Below, one piece after another: positions 1 to 11,986 of a DNA stretch of 33,267 nucleotides. A program made the position numbers and the translations under genes. The stretch lies in assembly GCF_001194135.2 (NCBI RefSeq), contig NC_068998.1:37819104-37852370 (forward strand), given 5' to 3'. Below the pieces are notes generated by a model that saw only the letters and a program-made list of their open reading frames with translations, was not told the origin of the DNA and ran no database searches. Source of the stretch: Octopus bimaculoides. Taxonomy: Eukaryota. Each line of letters begins with the position of its first letter. The stretch's first letter is position 1.

Positions 1-126
1 TTGCACCTTGTTTACCATTTTGTCCATGTTCTTTTGCCACGTCATGTACCCAGTAATGTATCCATATGTACATGTGGATGAAGGTATATACATACATGTA
101 CATATATATGCATATACTTATATATT

Positions 127-129
<3 letters not shown>

Positions 130-166
<37 letters not shown>
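130..166. repeat. (AT)n microsatellite
   Basis: Directly visible. Confidence 0.95.
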
Positions 167-168
<2 letters not shown>

Positions 169-324
169 CTGTGCTGTCAACGCTTTCAATGGTGATGAAA
201 GGGGGGAGAGTTAGTGGTGTCGTTCTTCTTGTTGCTGTTGTCGCTATCCTAATGATATGATTTCTATTTTTGCAATCAATGTTGTAGAGGTTGTTACTAT
301 CGCCGTTATTGAAATTGTTGCAGC

Positions 325-401
325 TGTTGTTGTTGTTGTTGTTGTTGTTATTGCTGCTGCCGTTGTTGTTGTTGTTGTTGTTGTTGTTATTGCTGCTGCC
401 G

Positions 402-465
<64 letters not shown>
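325..465. repeat. (GTT)n microsatellite with a duplicated ATTGCTGCTGCC interruption
   Basis: Directly visible. Confidence 0.95.
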
Positions 466-468
<3 letters not shown>

Positions 469-2265
469 CAGGCCACGTGTCCAGTGCTGCTTCAGTATGT
501 ACGGAATGCCCATAGTCATAAACCAACCAACTGCTGTTCCCTTCAATGCAGTCGCTTTAATAAACCCCTTCTTCCTCCTCCTCCTCCTCCGCTTTTCAAT
601 CTCTCCTGCTTCACGTGATAAACTCTTCTGTTAATTAAAGCGTAGGCGTCAGGTGATGGGGAGCGGCGGTGTGGGCTGGAAGTCGGTTGAGGCGGAGGTG
701 TTACAAGCGCCCCAGGAGGTGGAGTGGGGTAGCTTGTGTAAGATAACAGCATGTATGTATGTGTCGGTGCGCAAAATACTGCGTGTATATGTATATTTGT
801 GTGTGTGCGTGCACGTGTGTGCATGGCATCTGTATGTATGTATGCATGTATGTATGTATTATGGTAAGGGTGACGGTGTTTCTTGTGTGTTTGTATGTGC
901 AACGGGGGTGTTCAGCCTATGTACATATGTATGACTGCATATTATATGAGTGCGTACGTGTGCCTGAGGTAGGATTGTGTGTGTGTGTGTGTGTGTGTGC
1001 GCACGTGTGTGTGTGTGTGTGTGCGCGTGTGTGTGTGTGTGTGTGTGTGTGNNNNNNNNNNNNNNNNNNNNNNNNNNNNNNNNNNNNNNNNNNNNNNNNN
1101 NNNNNNNNNNNNNNNNNNNNNNNNNNNNNNNNNNNNNNNNNNNNNNNNNNNNNNNNNNNNNNNNNNNNNNNNNNNNNNNNNNNNNNNNNNNNNNNNNNNN
1201 NNNNNNNNNNNNNNNNNNNNNNNNNNNNNNNNNNNNNNNNNNNNNNNNNNNNNNNNNNNNNNNNNNNNNNNNNNNNNNNNNNNNNNNNNNNNNNNNNNNN
1301 NNNNNNNNNNNNNNNNNNNNNNNNNNNNNNNNNNNNNNNNNNNNNNNNNNNNNNNNNNNNNNNNNNNNNNNNNNNNNNNNNNNNNNNNNNNNNNNNNNNN
1401 NNNNNNNNNNNNNNNNNNNNNNNNNNNNNNNNNNNNNNNNNNNNNNNNNNNNNNNNNNNNNNNNNNNNNNNNNNNNNNNNNNNNNNNNNNNNNNNNNNNN
1501 NNNNNNNNNNNNNNNNNNNNNNNNNNNNNNNNNNNNNNNNNNNNNNNNNNNNNNNNNNNNNNNNNNNNNNNNNNNNNNNNNNNNNNNNNNNNNNNNNNNN
1601 NNNNNNNNNNNNNNNNNNNNNNNNNNNNNNNNNNNNNNNNNNNNNNNNNNNNNNNNNNNNNNNNNNNNNNNNNNNNNNNNNNNNNNNNNNNNNNNNNNNN
1701 NNNNNNNNNNNNNNNNNNNNNNNNNNNNNNNNNNNNNNNNNNNNNNNNNNNNNNNNNNNNNNNNNNNNNNNNNNNNNNNNNNNNNNNNNNNNNNNNNNNN
1801 NNNNNNNNNNNNNNNNNGAAATCCTAAATAAGGGAATATAGTAGATCACGCATTTGCTATCGAATCCCTTGCCAGTCAATATGGCATCCCTTGACGACAA
1901 TGTTAACTTCTTTCAAGTAAAGTAATTTTGGGCCCGAAGAGTAGCTGGCGGATTATCCCTCGTTTGGATAATTACTACTTCCAAGGTTCTGCTAGCTATG
2001 AAACATATGTACCCTGGAATTTATCTACTCCATTCCATAATTTTGAATTTCTATTCGCATGCAGGGTAACCCTTGCTGCTAATAGTAAGCTATAAAACAT
2101 TTTTTTTTTGTTTTTTTTTTTGCAACTTATTGAACTTCGATGGGGAGGAATTTACAGCCTTCTACGTCAATAAATCATTATTGTTCTGAAAAGTTGTTTA
2201 TTTTATACCTTCAACGGAATGCTCGACGCTTACTATCTTCCTACACCTTGATTCTTAGATCTTAC

Positions 2266-2305
<40 letters not shown>

Positions 2306-2881
2306 CCGCGCGCACACACACACAAGTACCAATACACGAAACTCTCGGCCCTTGAGTCACTCTATTGCTCCTGCTAAATATTAATTAATATGCATATACT
2401 CATATTTTGAGTTCTATTTTTACTGCTTGCATCGCCATACCTATATATGTGTGTCTGCACACACACACGCACGCGCGCACGCACACGTATGTATGTATGT
2501 ATGTATGTATGTATGTATGTATGTATGCAGATTCTTCATAATGATTGCGCTTGCTTAGTCTCGTATTTGACCCCTAATAGGTTACATATAATAGCTATAG
2601 GATGTTTAAAAAGGAAGTATATTTATCGTGTCATCTCGTTTTTAGTGAAACAAATGTCACTATCTTGAAAATGAATGATAGATCGCTGACCACTACACAC
2701 ATTTTTTTCTCTGCTTGTTTCTCTCCTTGTTTCTTCCTGTGTTCTTTTCTGTGAAAGAGCGTAGGCTCGAAACGTTAAAGACTTTCTCAATTTGCAAGCG
2801 TTATACTAATACATCTATTTATTTTCTACACCACCTGTCTTCGTCTTTTCTTTTTGTTTTGTTTTTCTTTTTGTAAATTCT

Positions 2882-2920
<39 letters not shown>

Positions 2921-3043
2921 AACCAGTGTAAAATATGATTTCGGTGCAGGCTTGACTGCTATTTCAAGCATATCGTGTAACCACGTTGAGACTCCCTTAT
3001 TGGGTCGACAAAGGCAGCGGTGGAGGAAGTATGTAAACAGACA

Positions 3044-3256
3044 TGAGAGGGGCTGCTGAACAGTTCCTGGCTTTAAGGTTATCGCGAAAGGCTTGGTTCG
3101 AGGTTCAATCTTCCGAGTTCTTTTACAAGAAGAACTGAAGGACTGTTGCAATATGTGTGTGAATCTGAGAGTGGAATATGTTGAATAAAGTCATAATTAA
3201 CTGATCCCCCTGTACTTCCTTTTATCCAAAGTCATGAACTTTTCAGCACCCATTTG
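3044..3256 (+). mobile_element. Non-autonomous mariner derivative (MITE-like) with both TIRs and the transposase C-terminal tip
   Basis: Left GGGGCTGCTGAACAGTTCCTGGCTTT and the reverse complement of the right end (GGGTGCTGAAAAGTTCATGACTTT) are imperfect inverted repeats, with TA at 3257-3258. 3126-3188 translates QEELKDCCNMCVNLRVEYVE*, resembling the mariner C-terminus. Confidence 0.7.
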
Positions 3257-3365
3257 TAAAAGACTAGGTTGTGTGATTTAGCACTCACCGGGATGGTTAA
3301 GTTTTAGCAATCTCTTAGTAGACTGCTGTATTCTAGACACTTGTAGGCTGCTATTAAATAAACTG

Positions 3366-3563
3366 TGGAGGCGCGTGGATTTTGCAGTTAGGGTGTTGCA
3401 TTCAGGATCGTGTAATTGTGATTCGATTCCTGAACCGAACGATGCGTTATGTTCTTGAGGTCCAGTCCAATCAGTTAGCAAAAATGAGTAATCCTGCAAC
3501 GAACTGACATCCCACCCGGGGGATGCGAGGATTGTGTATGCCACAGAATCAGGAAAAACGAGC
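3366..3563 (+). mobile_element. tRNA-derived SINE, family D (single diverged copy)
   Basis: GGAGGCGCGTGG...GTTAGGG A-box region and GATTCGATTCC B box. Central CCTGCAACGAACTGACATCCCACCCGGGGG resembles, from recall, the V-SINE-type CCTGCGATGGACTGGCRTCCYRTCCAGGG block. Confidence 0.55.
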
Positions 3564-4140
3564 CCACATGGTTCCGGGTTCAGCCCCACTGCGTGGCACT
3601 GTGGGCAGATGTTTTCTACAATAGCCTCGGGCCGACTAAAGACTTGTGAGCGGTTTGGGTAGACGGAAACTGAAAGAATATATATACAATTTTCTTTTTT
3701 GTTCCGCAGGGTGTCTATCAATCACCCTTCTCACCAAGCACACTTGTGGGGTTGCCAGTTTAGTCGGCGACGTCCCGACTATGTAACAGGTCGTATTGGA
3801 TTACATGGTACCAGTAGCGCTCAAGAGCGACCTAACATATTTGTATATGTGTGTGTATGTGTGCGTGTGTATGTGTGTGTGTGTGCGTGCACATGTGTGT
3901 GCGTGCACATGTGTGTGCGTGCACATGTGTGTGTGTGTCTTTGTGTCTGTGTTTGTTTCTCACCACCGCTTGAAAACCGGTGTCGGTGTATTTATGTCGG
4001 CAAAGAGAGCGATAGAATAAGTAACAGACTTTAAAAAGAATAAGTACCGGGGTCAATACATTCGACTAATACTTCTTCAAGGTGGTGCCCCAGCATGGCC
4101 ACAGTCTAATGAGTAAAAATGAATAAAAGATAAATGATAA
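3564..4140 (+). mobile_element. SINE family C, 5'-truncated and internally interrupted
   Basis: 3564-3680 matches the family C 5' half and about 3950-4140 the 3' half, separated by unique sequence and (TG)n. Confidence 0.7.
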
Positions 4141-4184
4141 AAGATCTGATTACGTTCGTAATCAGATCTTTTATCATTTATCTT
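4127..4184. repeat. Perfect palindrome: 28-bp arms and a 2-nt loop
   Basis: AAGATAAATGATAAAAGATCTGATTACG-TT-CGTAATCAGATCTTTTATCATTTATCTT, 28/28 complementary. Confidence 0.95.
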
Positions 4185-4564
4185 CAATCAGTCATTCGAT
4201 AAATTAAAAAATAACTAGTTTTTTGGTAGGCTTTTATCATTATGCATAGGTAAATAAGGAATTGAATAAAAAGAGAATGATCAAAATAAGTGCTGGATTG
4301 AAAGAAGAAGCAATGTATGTTTAATGGTTTATGTTGGACACGAAACTTCATCAGTATTTCATTATTTTCCATGGTTTATTATAACGAAAGAGCCCGCTCA
4401 TTTTCGGTTTTATTGTGACTGTATTAACGCTACAATGTAAATGTATTATTGTAAATGTATTGAAAGTGTATTAACGGTGAAAAATCAGAAATCTGAACGA
4501 AAAGGTCATCCATGCTTAACCAACTTGCCTAAGTGATATTCTCAATATAAAAGCTACTTTATAA

Positions 4565-4786
4565 GGCGGCGAGTTGGCAGAATCGTTAGCACGCCAGGCA
4601 AAATTCTTAGCAGTATTTTTTCTGTCTTTAGGTTCTGAGATCAAATTCCACCGAGGTGGACTTCACTTTTAATCCTTTCGGAGTCGATGAAATAAGTACC
4701 AGCTGAGCACTGGGGTCTATGTAGTCGATTTAATTCGACCCCACGCACCATCTTGCTGGCCTTGTGCCACAAGTTGGAACCAATAC
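4565..4786 (+). mobile_element. tRNA-derived SINE, family B
   Basis: Head GGCGGCGAGTTGGCAGAATCGTTAGC, B-box-like GATCAAATTCC, core TTTAATCCTTTCGGAGTCGATGAAATAAGTACC and tail TTGCTGGCCTTGTGCC. About ten copies in the window. Confidence 0.8.
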
Positions 4787-5268
4787 AAAAACTACAATGT
4801 ATACCTTCTCCTCTTCTGGCACTCTATGCATTTGCTGTTTTTTTCTTTCTTCTGGCAGTACATCCTCAGAGTGAGCTTTGCAAGTAAGTGGGGGAAGAAA
4901 AACTGCGTGAGAGTCAACTGATATGAACAAGCCACCTCCGCATTACAGAAGAATTTGGATACGTAATAGAACAATGATTTTTTATGTCAAAAAATTAACC
5001 AGATGGTTGGTATGTTTCTGAAATTTGGACAATTTGAAAGAATTTTTTCAAAAACAGAATAAACACACTAATTACACAATCCAAGAGTTTAGAACATAAC
5101 TCACTTTTGTCTCGCAGATTAAAATCGTTTGTTCGGCAATCAGTAAATTCTGAAGTCATGAAGCATGTGGTCAAATTTTTGTATCAGAAGGTTTAATTAT
5201 TTAGCATTATTCCTTTTGTTGTTGTTATATTTGTGTTTGTGTATGACTGTGTTTCGTGTATGTATGTA

Positions 5269-5328
<60 letters not shown>

Positions 5329-6388
5329 GATATAGATATATGTATGTATGTATATACAGATATAGATGATATAGATATATATGCATGTATATATATATAT
5401 ATATATATATATANNNNNNNNNNNNNNNNNNNNNNNNNNNNNNNNNNNNNNNNNNNNNNNNNNNNNNNNNNNNNNNNNNNNNNNNNNNNNNNNNNNNNNN
5501 NNNNNNNNNNNNNNNNNNNNNNNNNNNNNNNNNNNNNNNNNNNNNNNNNNNNNNNNNNNNNNNNNNNNNNNNNNNNNNNNNNNNNNNNNNNNNNNNNNNN
5601 NNNNNNNNNNNNNNNNNNNNNNNNNNNNNNNNNNNNNNNNNNNNNNNNNNNNNNNNNNNNNNNNNNNNNNNNNNNNNNNNNNNNNNNNNNNNNNNNNNNN
5701 NNNNNNNNNNNNNNNNNNNNNNNNNNNNNNNNNNNNNNNNNNNNNNNNNNNNNNNNNNNNNNNNNNNNNNNNNNNNNNNNNNNNNNNNNNNNNNNNNNNN
5801 NNNNNNNNNNNNNNNNNNNNNNNNNNNNNNNNNNNNNNNNNNNNNNNNNNNNNNNNNNNNNNNNNNNNNNNNNNNNNNNNNNNNNNNNNNNNNNNNNNNN
5901 NNNNNNNNNNNNNNNNNNNNNNNNNNNNNNNNNNNNNNNNNNNNNNNNNNNNNNNNNNNNNNNNNNNNNNNNNNNNNNNNNNNNNNNNNNNNNNNNNNNN
6001 NNNNNNNNNNNNNNNNNNNNNNNNNNNNNNNNNNNNNNNNNNNNNNNNNNNNNNNNNNNNNNNNNNNNNNNNNNNNNNNNNNNNNNNNNNNNNNNNNNNN
6101 NNNNNNNNNNNNNNNNNNNNNNNNNNNNNNNNNNNNNNNNNNNNNNNNNNNNNNNNNNNNNNNNNNNNNNNNNNNNNNNNNNNNNNNNNNNNNNNNNNNN
6201 NNNNNNNNNNNNNNNNNNNNNNNNNNNNNNNNNNNNNNNNNNNNNNNNNNNNNNNNNNNNNNNNNNNNNNNNNNNNNNNNNNNNNNNNNNNNNNNNNNNN
6301 NNNNNNNNNNNNNNNNNNNNNNNNNNNNNNNNNNNNNNNNNNNNNNNNNNNNNNNNNNNNNNNNNNNNNNNNNNNNNNNNNNNNNNNN

Positions 6389-6721
6389 GCCAAGTAGATT
6401 GTGCAGAATATTCTCAAGTGTCTCATAGAGTATGTTAATAGCATTGGCTATTTGATCTATTGTCAATCGCCTGTCATCCGTCAGCATGTGGTGAACACGC
6501 TCAATGTTTTCCTCGGTGGTGGCAGTTGCAGGACGTGCAGACCTTGGGTCATTTTCAAGACTCTCTCTTTCCCTCCTAAATTCAGCCGCCCATTTTTGCA
6601 CTATTGTATAAGCTGGAGCGTCGTCCCCTAATGTAGCAACCATGTCATCATGAATGTTGCTGGGGGCTAAACCCTTTTTCTGCAGGTACTTGATAACAAG
6701 ACGATGCCAAATTTTGTCCAT
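6389..6721 (-). mobile_element. Mariner (Mos1/Hsmar-like) transposase N-terminal HTH region; remainder lost in the gap
   Basis: Uninterrupted 111 codons MDKIWHRLVIKYLQKKGLAPSNIHDDMVATLGDDAPAYTIVQKWAAEFRRERESLENDPRSARP...DDRRLTIDQIA... with the typical mariner W...F...LEDxPRSGRP and DRRxT motifs. Confidence 0.85.
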
Positions 6722-7057
6722 TTTCAAGAGAAGTCGCTACTAGTTACTTTTTAAGTGTTCTTTGAACAGTGAAATATCCTTAGTGAAATATCCGTTTACT
6801 TTGGTTTGATATCATTGTATCATACATTCCAATAGTGTATATGTGTAAGTATACATATGGCATACATGTAGGGAGAATGCTTGCAAGACATGCAACATCA
6901 ATGAAACTCGAACATCAATAACGGAAAATGTAAAGTAGAGCTATAAGATGAAATGAAATTATGTTAAAAGAACGGGCATTTATAAAGCAATGAAAAATTA
7001 CTACCGAAATACTGCAAATAAATTTTGATATATATGTGTGTGCATATACACACCCGC

Positions 7058-7088
<31 letters not shown>

Positions 7089-7252
7089 TACGATGCATTT
7101 TTAATACAGTTAGTATTCGTTACTAAAAACATTATAATAGTAAACACCGTTATCCTATTTACGTTTATTTGTAGTGAAAGATTGAGCCCTCTCGTTCACA
7201 TTATTGTCACCCTTTTGATGCAAACCAAACGGAAGACGTATATTCTTTGTGG

Positions 7253-7292
<40 letters not shown>

Positions 7293-7933
7293 NNNNNNNN
7301 NNNNNNNNNNNNNNNNNNNNNNNNNNNNNNNNNNNNNNNNNNNNNNNNNNNNNNNNNNNNNNNNNNNNNNNNNNNNNNNNNNNNNNNNNNNNNNNNNNNN
7401 NNNNNNNNNNNNNNNNNNNNNNNNNNNNNNNNNNNNNNNNNNNNNNNNNNNNNNNNNNNNNNNNNNNNNNNNNNNNNNNNNNNNNNNNNNNNNNNNNNNN
7501 NNNNNNNNNNNNNNNNNNNNNNNNNNNNNNNNNNNNNNNNNNNNNNNNNNNNNNNNNNNNNNNNNNNNNNNNNNNNNNNNNNNNNNNNNNNNNNNNNNNN
7601 NNNNNNNNNNNNNNNNNNNNNNNNNNNNNNNNNNNNNNNNNNNNNNNNNNNNNNNNNNNNNNNNNNNNNNNNNNNNNNNNNNNNNNNNNNNNNNNNNNNN
7701 NNNNNNNNNNNNNNNNNNNNNNNNNNNNNNNNNNNNNNNNNNNNNNNNNNNNNNNNNNNNNNNNNNNNNNNNNNNNNNNNNNNNNNNNNNNNNNNNNNNN
7801 NNNNNNNNNNNNNNNNNNNNNNNNNNNNNNNNNNNNNNNNNNNNNNNNNNNNNNNNNNNNNNNNNNNNNNNNAATTCTGTACATCACACCTAACACTCTA
7901 CACACACGCACACACACACACACACACACACAC

Positions 7934-7972
7934 GTAGGTAGGTAGGTAGGTAGGTAGGTAGGTAGGTAGGTA
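7934..7972. repeat. (TAGG)n microsatellite
   Basis: Directly visible. Confidence 0.95.
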
Positions 7973-8544
7973 GTGGGTAACGAGTTTCTTCACTACTTCA
8001 GAGAATGACGACCCTGTCTGACACGAGTCCCGGGCTCAGCGGGCTCTGGCTGACAGTATCCGGTATGGGCCCCTATCCAGAGTTACAGAAAGGAGACACC
8101 CTTCAAAGAAATCCGGAGTGGAGCCTTGTAGGCGGTTTAGTGTTCGACTCGACACTCTCCTGGCAGTTCCTTCAACCAAGCTGCTGCCAAACGTAATGCT
8201 CTGCGCTCCTTTGGACTACGTCAGCAAGGTCGAGAGGGGAATCCTGACGATTGGGCTACCCAGGATTTTCTTGCATCTAGCCTAGGCCTGTGCAAAACTG
8301 GAGAGGAAGCTGGAGAGGACATGAAATGTAAAAACCAGACAAGATTAGTTTATGCGCAACTCCATTCTCTCCCGAGAAAAAAGAATGCTAACAACAACAA
8401 TGTATGTATGTATGTATGTATAAGTAGTTATATAATTATGTACTGATACATAAAAAATGAAAGTGAAGCTAAGCAAGTCGATATGTAGATACAAAATAAC
8501 AATGTAACCTTAGTATTACTTGTGTTAAAGCAATTGGCATACAT

Positions 8545-10270
8545 ACACAAATGTGCCCCTCCAGCTTTGTTTCCTGATAACTTCCGGAAAAATAGATATT
8601 TCTTAATGAAATTTTGTACACATATGCTTCAGTTGGTGTAGATTCCAGTTACATCTGAATTTTTTGTGAAAATTATTTTTTCGAGAGAGTGGAAAGAGGA
8701 ATTTCAGAAAACTTAGAAGAGTCAGCTTTGTATTCCTAATACCTTTCGGAAAATGAGTATTTTTAAATGAAAATTTAAATGAAAATTTAAATGAAAATTT
8801 CTACAAATGTCTTTCAGAGTATGTAAATGACGAATATATAAGAATTTGATGTGAAAAGCAAAATGGTGAGCACACACATATATATACACTGAGACATATA
8901 CCACCTTTTTTTTTTTTTTTTTTTCGAAATTCCAAGTTTTATTGTCTAGATATATTTGATGCACATCAGTATATATATGTGCTGCCCCGCCATTTTTTTT
9001 TTTTTTTGCATTTTAAATTCTGACATAATCGTAATCTACACTCTGAAAGGTATTTGTAAAAAAAGCTTCATAAAAAGTACCCATTTCTTTGATAGCCATG
9101 AGGAAACAAAGCTGACTCGCGTGAATTTTTCGAAAGTCCTTTCACTAACCGTGCAAAATTATTTTCCCTACTAATGGTTATATTATTTGGAATCTACACA
9201 AAGTCCAGTCATGAATGCTTCGCTCCGGCCGGTTATCGCATATCATTGCGCATGTGTTACCGGAAGCTTATAATGTTAAAGCAGTGGTTATACGTAAACA
9301 AATGTGCCCTGCCTACTTTGCTTCCTCATAACTTCAAGAAAACTGGATACTTTTTACTGAAATTTTCTGCAAATAAGCTCTAGGTGGTACAGGCTCCGAT
9401 TATACCTGCATTTGTTGTGGAAATAAAATGTTTTGGGGTAGTGGAGAGGGGAGTTTCAGAAAATTTACACAAGTCAGCTTTGTTTCCTCATAACTTTCGG
9501 AATAATGAGTATTTTTAAACTCTTACTCTCTCTTTTATTCTTTTACTTGTTTCAGTCATTTGACTGTGGCCATGCTGGAGCACCACCTTTAGTCGAGCAA
9601 ATCGACCCCAGGACTTATTCTTTGTATGCTTAGTACTTATTCTATCGGTTTCTTTTGCCGAACCGCTAGGTTACGGAGACGTAAACACACCAGCATCGGT
9701 TGTCAAGCGATGTTGGGGGGATAAACACAGACACAAACACACATACACACATATATATACATATACATATATATACGACGGGCTTCTTTCAGTTTCCGTC
9801 TACCAAATTCACTCACAAGGCTTTGGTCGGCCCGAGGCTATAGTAGAAGACACTTGCCCAAGGTGCCACGCAGTGGGACTGAACCCGGAACCATGTGGTT
9901 GGTAAGCAAGCTACTTACCACACAGCCACTCCTGTGCCTGGAAACTTTTGGCAAATACTTTTCAGAGTGTGTACACTACGAATATATTGGAATTTGATAT
10001 GGAAGTAAACATTGTGGAATAGCACACATACATACTGACAGACATCACCTTTTTGGCGGGTGTAGATTTATTTCACAACAAATTCCGATATAATGGGAAT
10101 CTACGTCATTTGGAGCGAATTTGGTGAAGATTCCATTAAAGAAATATCCATTTTTGTCAAAGATATGAGGAAAGAAATTCGTTTGGGCACATATGTGTAG
10201 GTATCCTGCAATTAACTCGAGACGCTTATTGTATATCATTGCACATGCGTTACCGGAAGTCCAGAGTACA
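8545..10270. repeat. Cluster of diverged direct and inverted copies of an AT-rich module (CAGCTTTGTTTCCTCATAAC subrepeat)
   Basis: 8545-8900 recurs directly at 9298-9520 plus 9940-10050. Inverted copies lie at about 8960-9170 and 10060-10190 (e.g. GAGTCAGCTTTG 8719-8730 vs CAAAGCTGACTC 9107-9118). Confidence 0.7.
9521..9938 (-). mobile_element. tRNA-derived SINE, family C, full length with internal (TA/TG)n
   Basis: Reverse complement: GGCACAGGAGTGGCTGTGTGGTAAG, B-box-like GGTTCAGTCCC, CACCTTGGGCAAG core and 3' CCAGCATGGCCACAGTCAAATGACTGAAACAAG. Inserted into the 8545-10270 repeat cluster. Confidence 0.85.
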
Positions 10271-11394
10271 CACGTATTTTTTAAAATTAATAATCGTGGA
10301 TATATATTTCGTGTTACGCTAAGAAGCGGTGTGCATGGTACCAGAAATTTCGGTACATGCATACATAGATACATGCATGCATACATACATACATACATAC
10401 ATACATACATACATACATACATACATGCAAGCATGCATACATGCATACATACATACATACATACATATATATATATATATTTGTACCTTTCGGTTGTAAA
10501 ATTGCGAATAAACCACCATTATATGTGTGTGTGTGTGTGTGTGTGTGTATGCATGTATATATATNNNNNNNNNNNNNNNNNNNNNNNNNNNNNNNNNNNN
10601 NNNNNNNNNNNNNNNNNNNNNNNNNNNNNNNNNNNNNNNNNNNNNNNNNNNNNNNNNNNNNNNNNNNNNNNNNNNNNNNNNNNNNNNNNNNNNNNNNNNN
10701 NNNNNNNNNNNNNNNNNNNNNNNNNNNNNNNNNNNNNNNNNNNNNNNNNNNNNNNNNNNNNNNNNNNNNNNNNNNNNNNNNNNNNNNNNNNNNNNNNNNN
10801 NNNNNNNNNNNNNNNNNNNNNNNNNNNNNNNNNNNNNNNNNNNNNNNNNNNNNNNNNNNNNNNNNNNNNNNNNNNNNNNNNNNNNNNNNNNNNNNNNNNN
10901 NNNNNNNNNNNNNNNNNNNNNNNNNNNNNNNNNNNNNNNNNNNNNNNNNNNNNNNNNNNNNNNNNNNNNNNNNNNNNNNNNNNNNNNNNNNNNNNNNNNA
11001 TAAAAATTTTGTGACTTCGCACTCAAATTAAAAATTTGTTTCTTTGTTCGAATGTTAGAGTTCAGTATTAGAAGTCTCTGGGCTTTTGATCTTTATCTTT
11101 AGAGTGTATGCTTACAATAGTTATATCTAATCTTCGTTTCGATCAATTCAGTGTCTGATTTTCATTATCTGTCTTATTCCTGGACATTAATACTCTGTAG
11201 GTTGGTGGATAAATTTTCAATTAGTTCAATAAAAATAAAGATAGAATTCATTTCAATTGGTTTGATAACGTTGGTATAGATATCGATATTTTTAACTTGC
11301 TTCAGTCATTGGGATGCAACCATGCTGAGGGCTGTGAAGATTTCAATCCAACAAATGCATAAGTGTGTGTGTATGTGTGTGTGTGTGTGTGTGT

Positions 11395-11580
11395 GTGTTT
11401 GTCTCACATCGCTATCCCTGTATTCAAGCAGCTCGGCAAAAAGAAACCGATAAAATACGTACCAGGCCTTAAAAAAAAAAAGCAATGAGTTACTAGAGTG
11501 ATTTGTTCCTCTAAAATGAAACGTTCAAGGTGGTGCTCCAGCACGGCCGCAGTCCAGAGAGTGAATCAAGTGAAAAATAA
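11395..11580 (+). mobile_element. SINE family C, 3' half
   Basis: CTCGGCAAAAAGAAACCGATAAAATACGTACC...GTGCTCCAGCACGGCCGCAGTC. Confidence 0.65.
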
Positions 11581-11986
11581 CGGGTATACTATGGAGAAAC
11601 AGAAAATTGACAAACATTTGTATCCATCGGAAACCACAAAATTAAGAATAAAACACTATACAGGATAATTAGCATCGTATGGACAAGAAAGCAGCAGCAA
11701 TAGCGCTCATACCGAACGCCATGCTAGAATAAAAACCTCATAAGTTGTGTAAAGGTGCTTTTGAAGTTTGTAAAATTGCTTTCATTGATGTGCAATTTGT
11801 GTTATAATGATAATTAGTGGGTGGTCCGAAGGAAATCGTTAGGGGTTTTCAAAAATATTCTTTTGTATCTTTTTTCCGCTTTTAATTTGATATATCCTTC
11901 GAACCTGTGACAGCCGTTAGGAAGGGAGATAACTGTAATATTGTTTTTTTATCATTGGTGTTACTGTATTGTTATTGTTAATTTCC

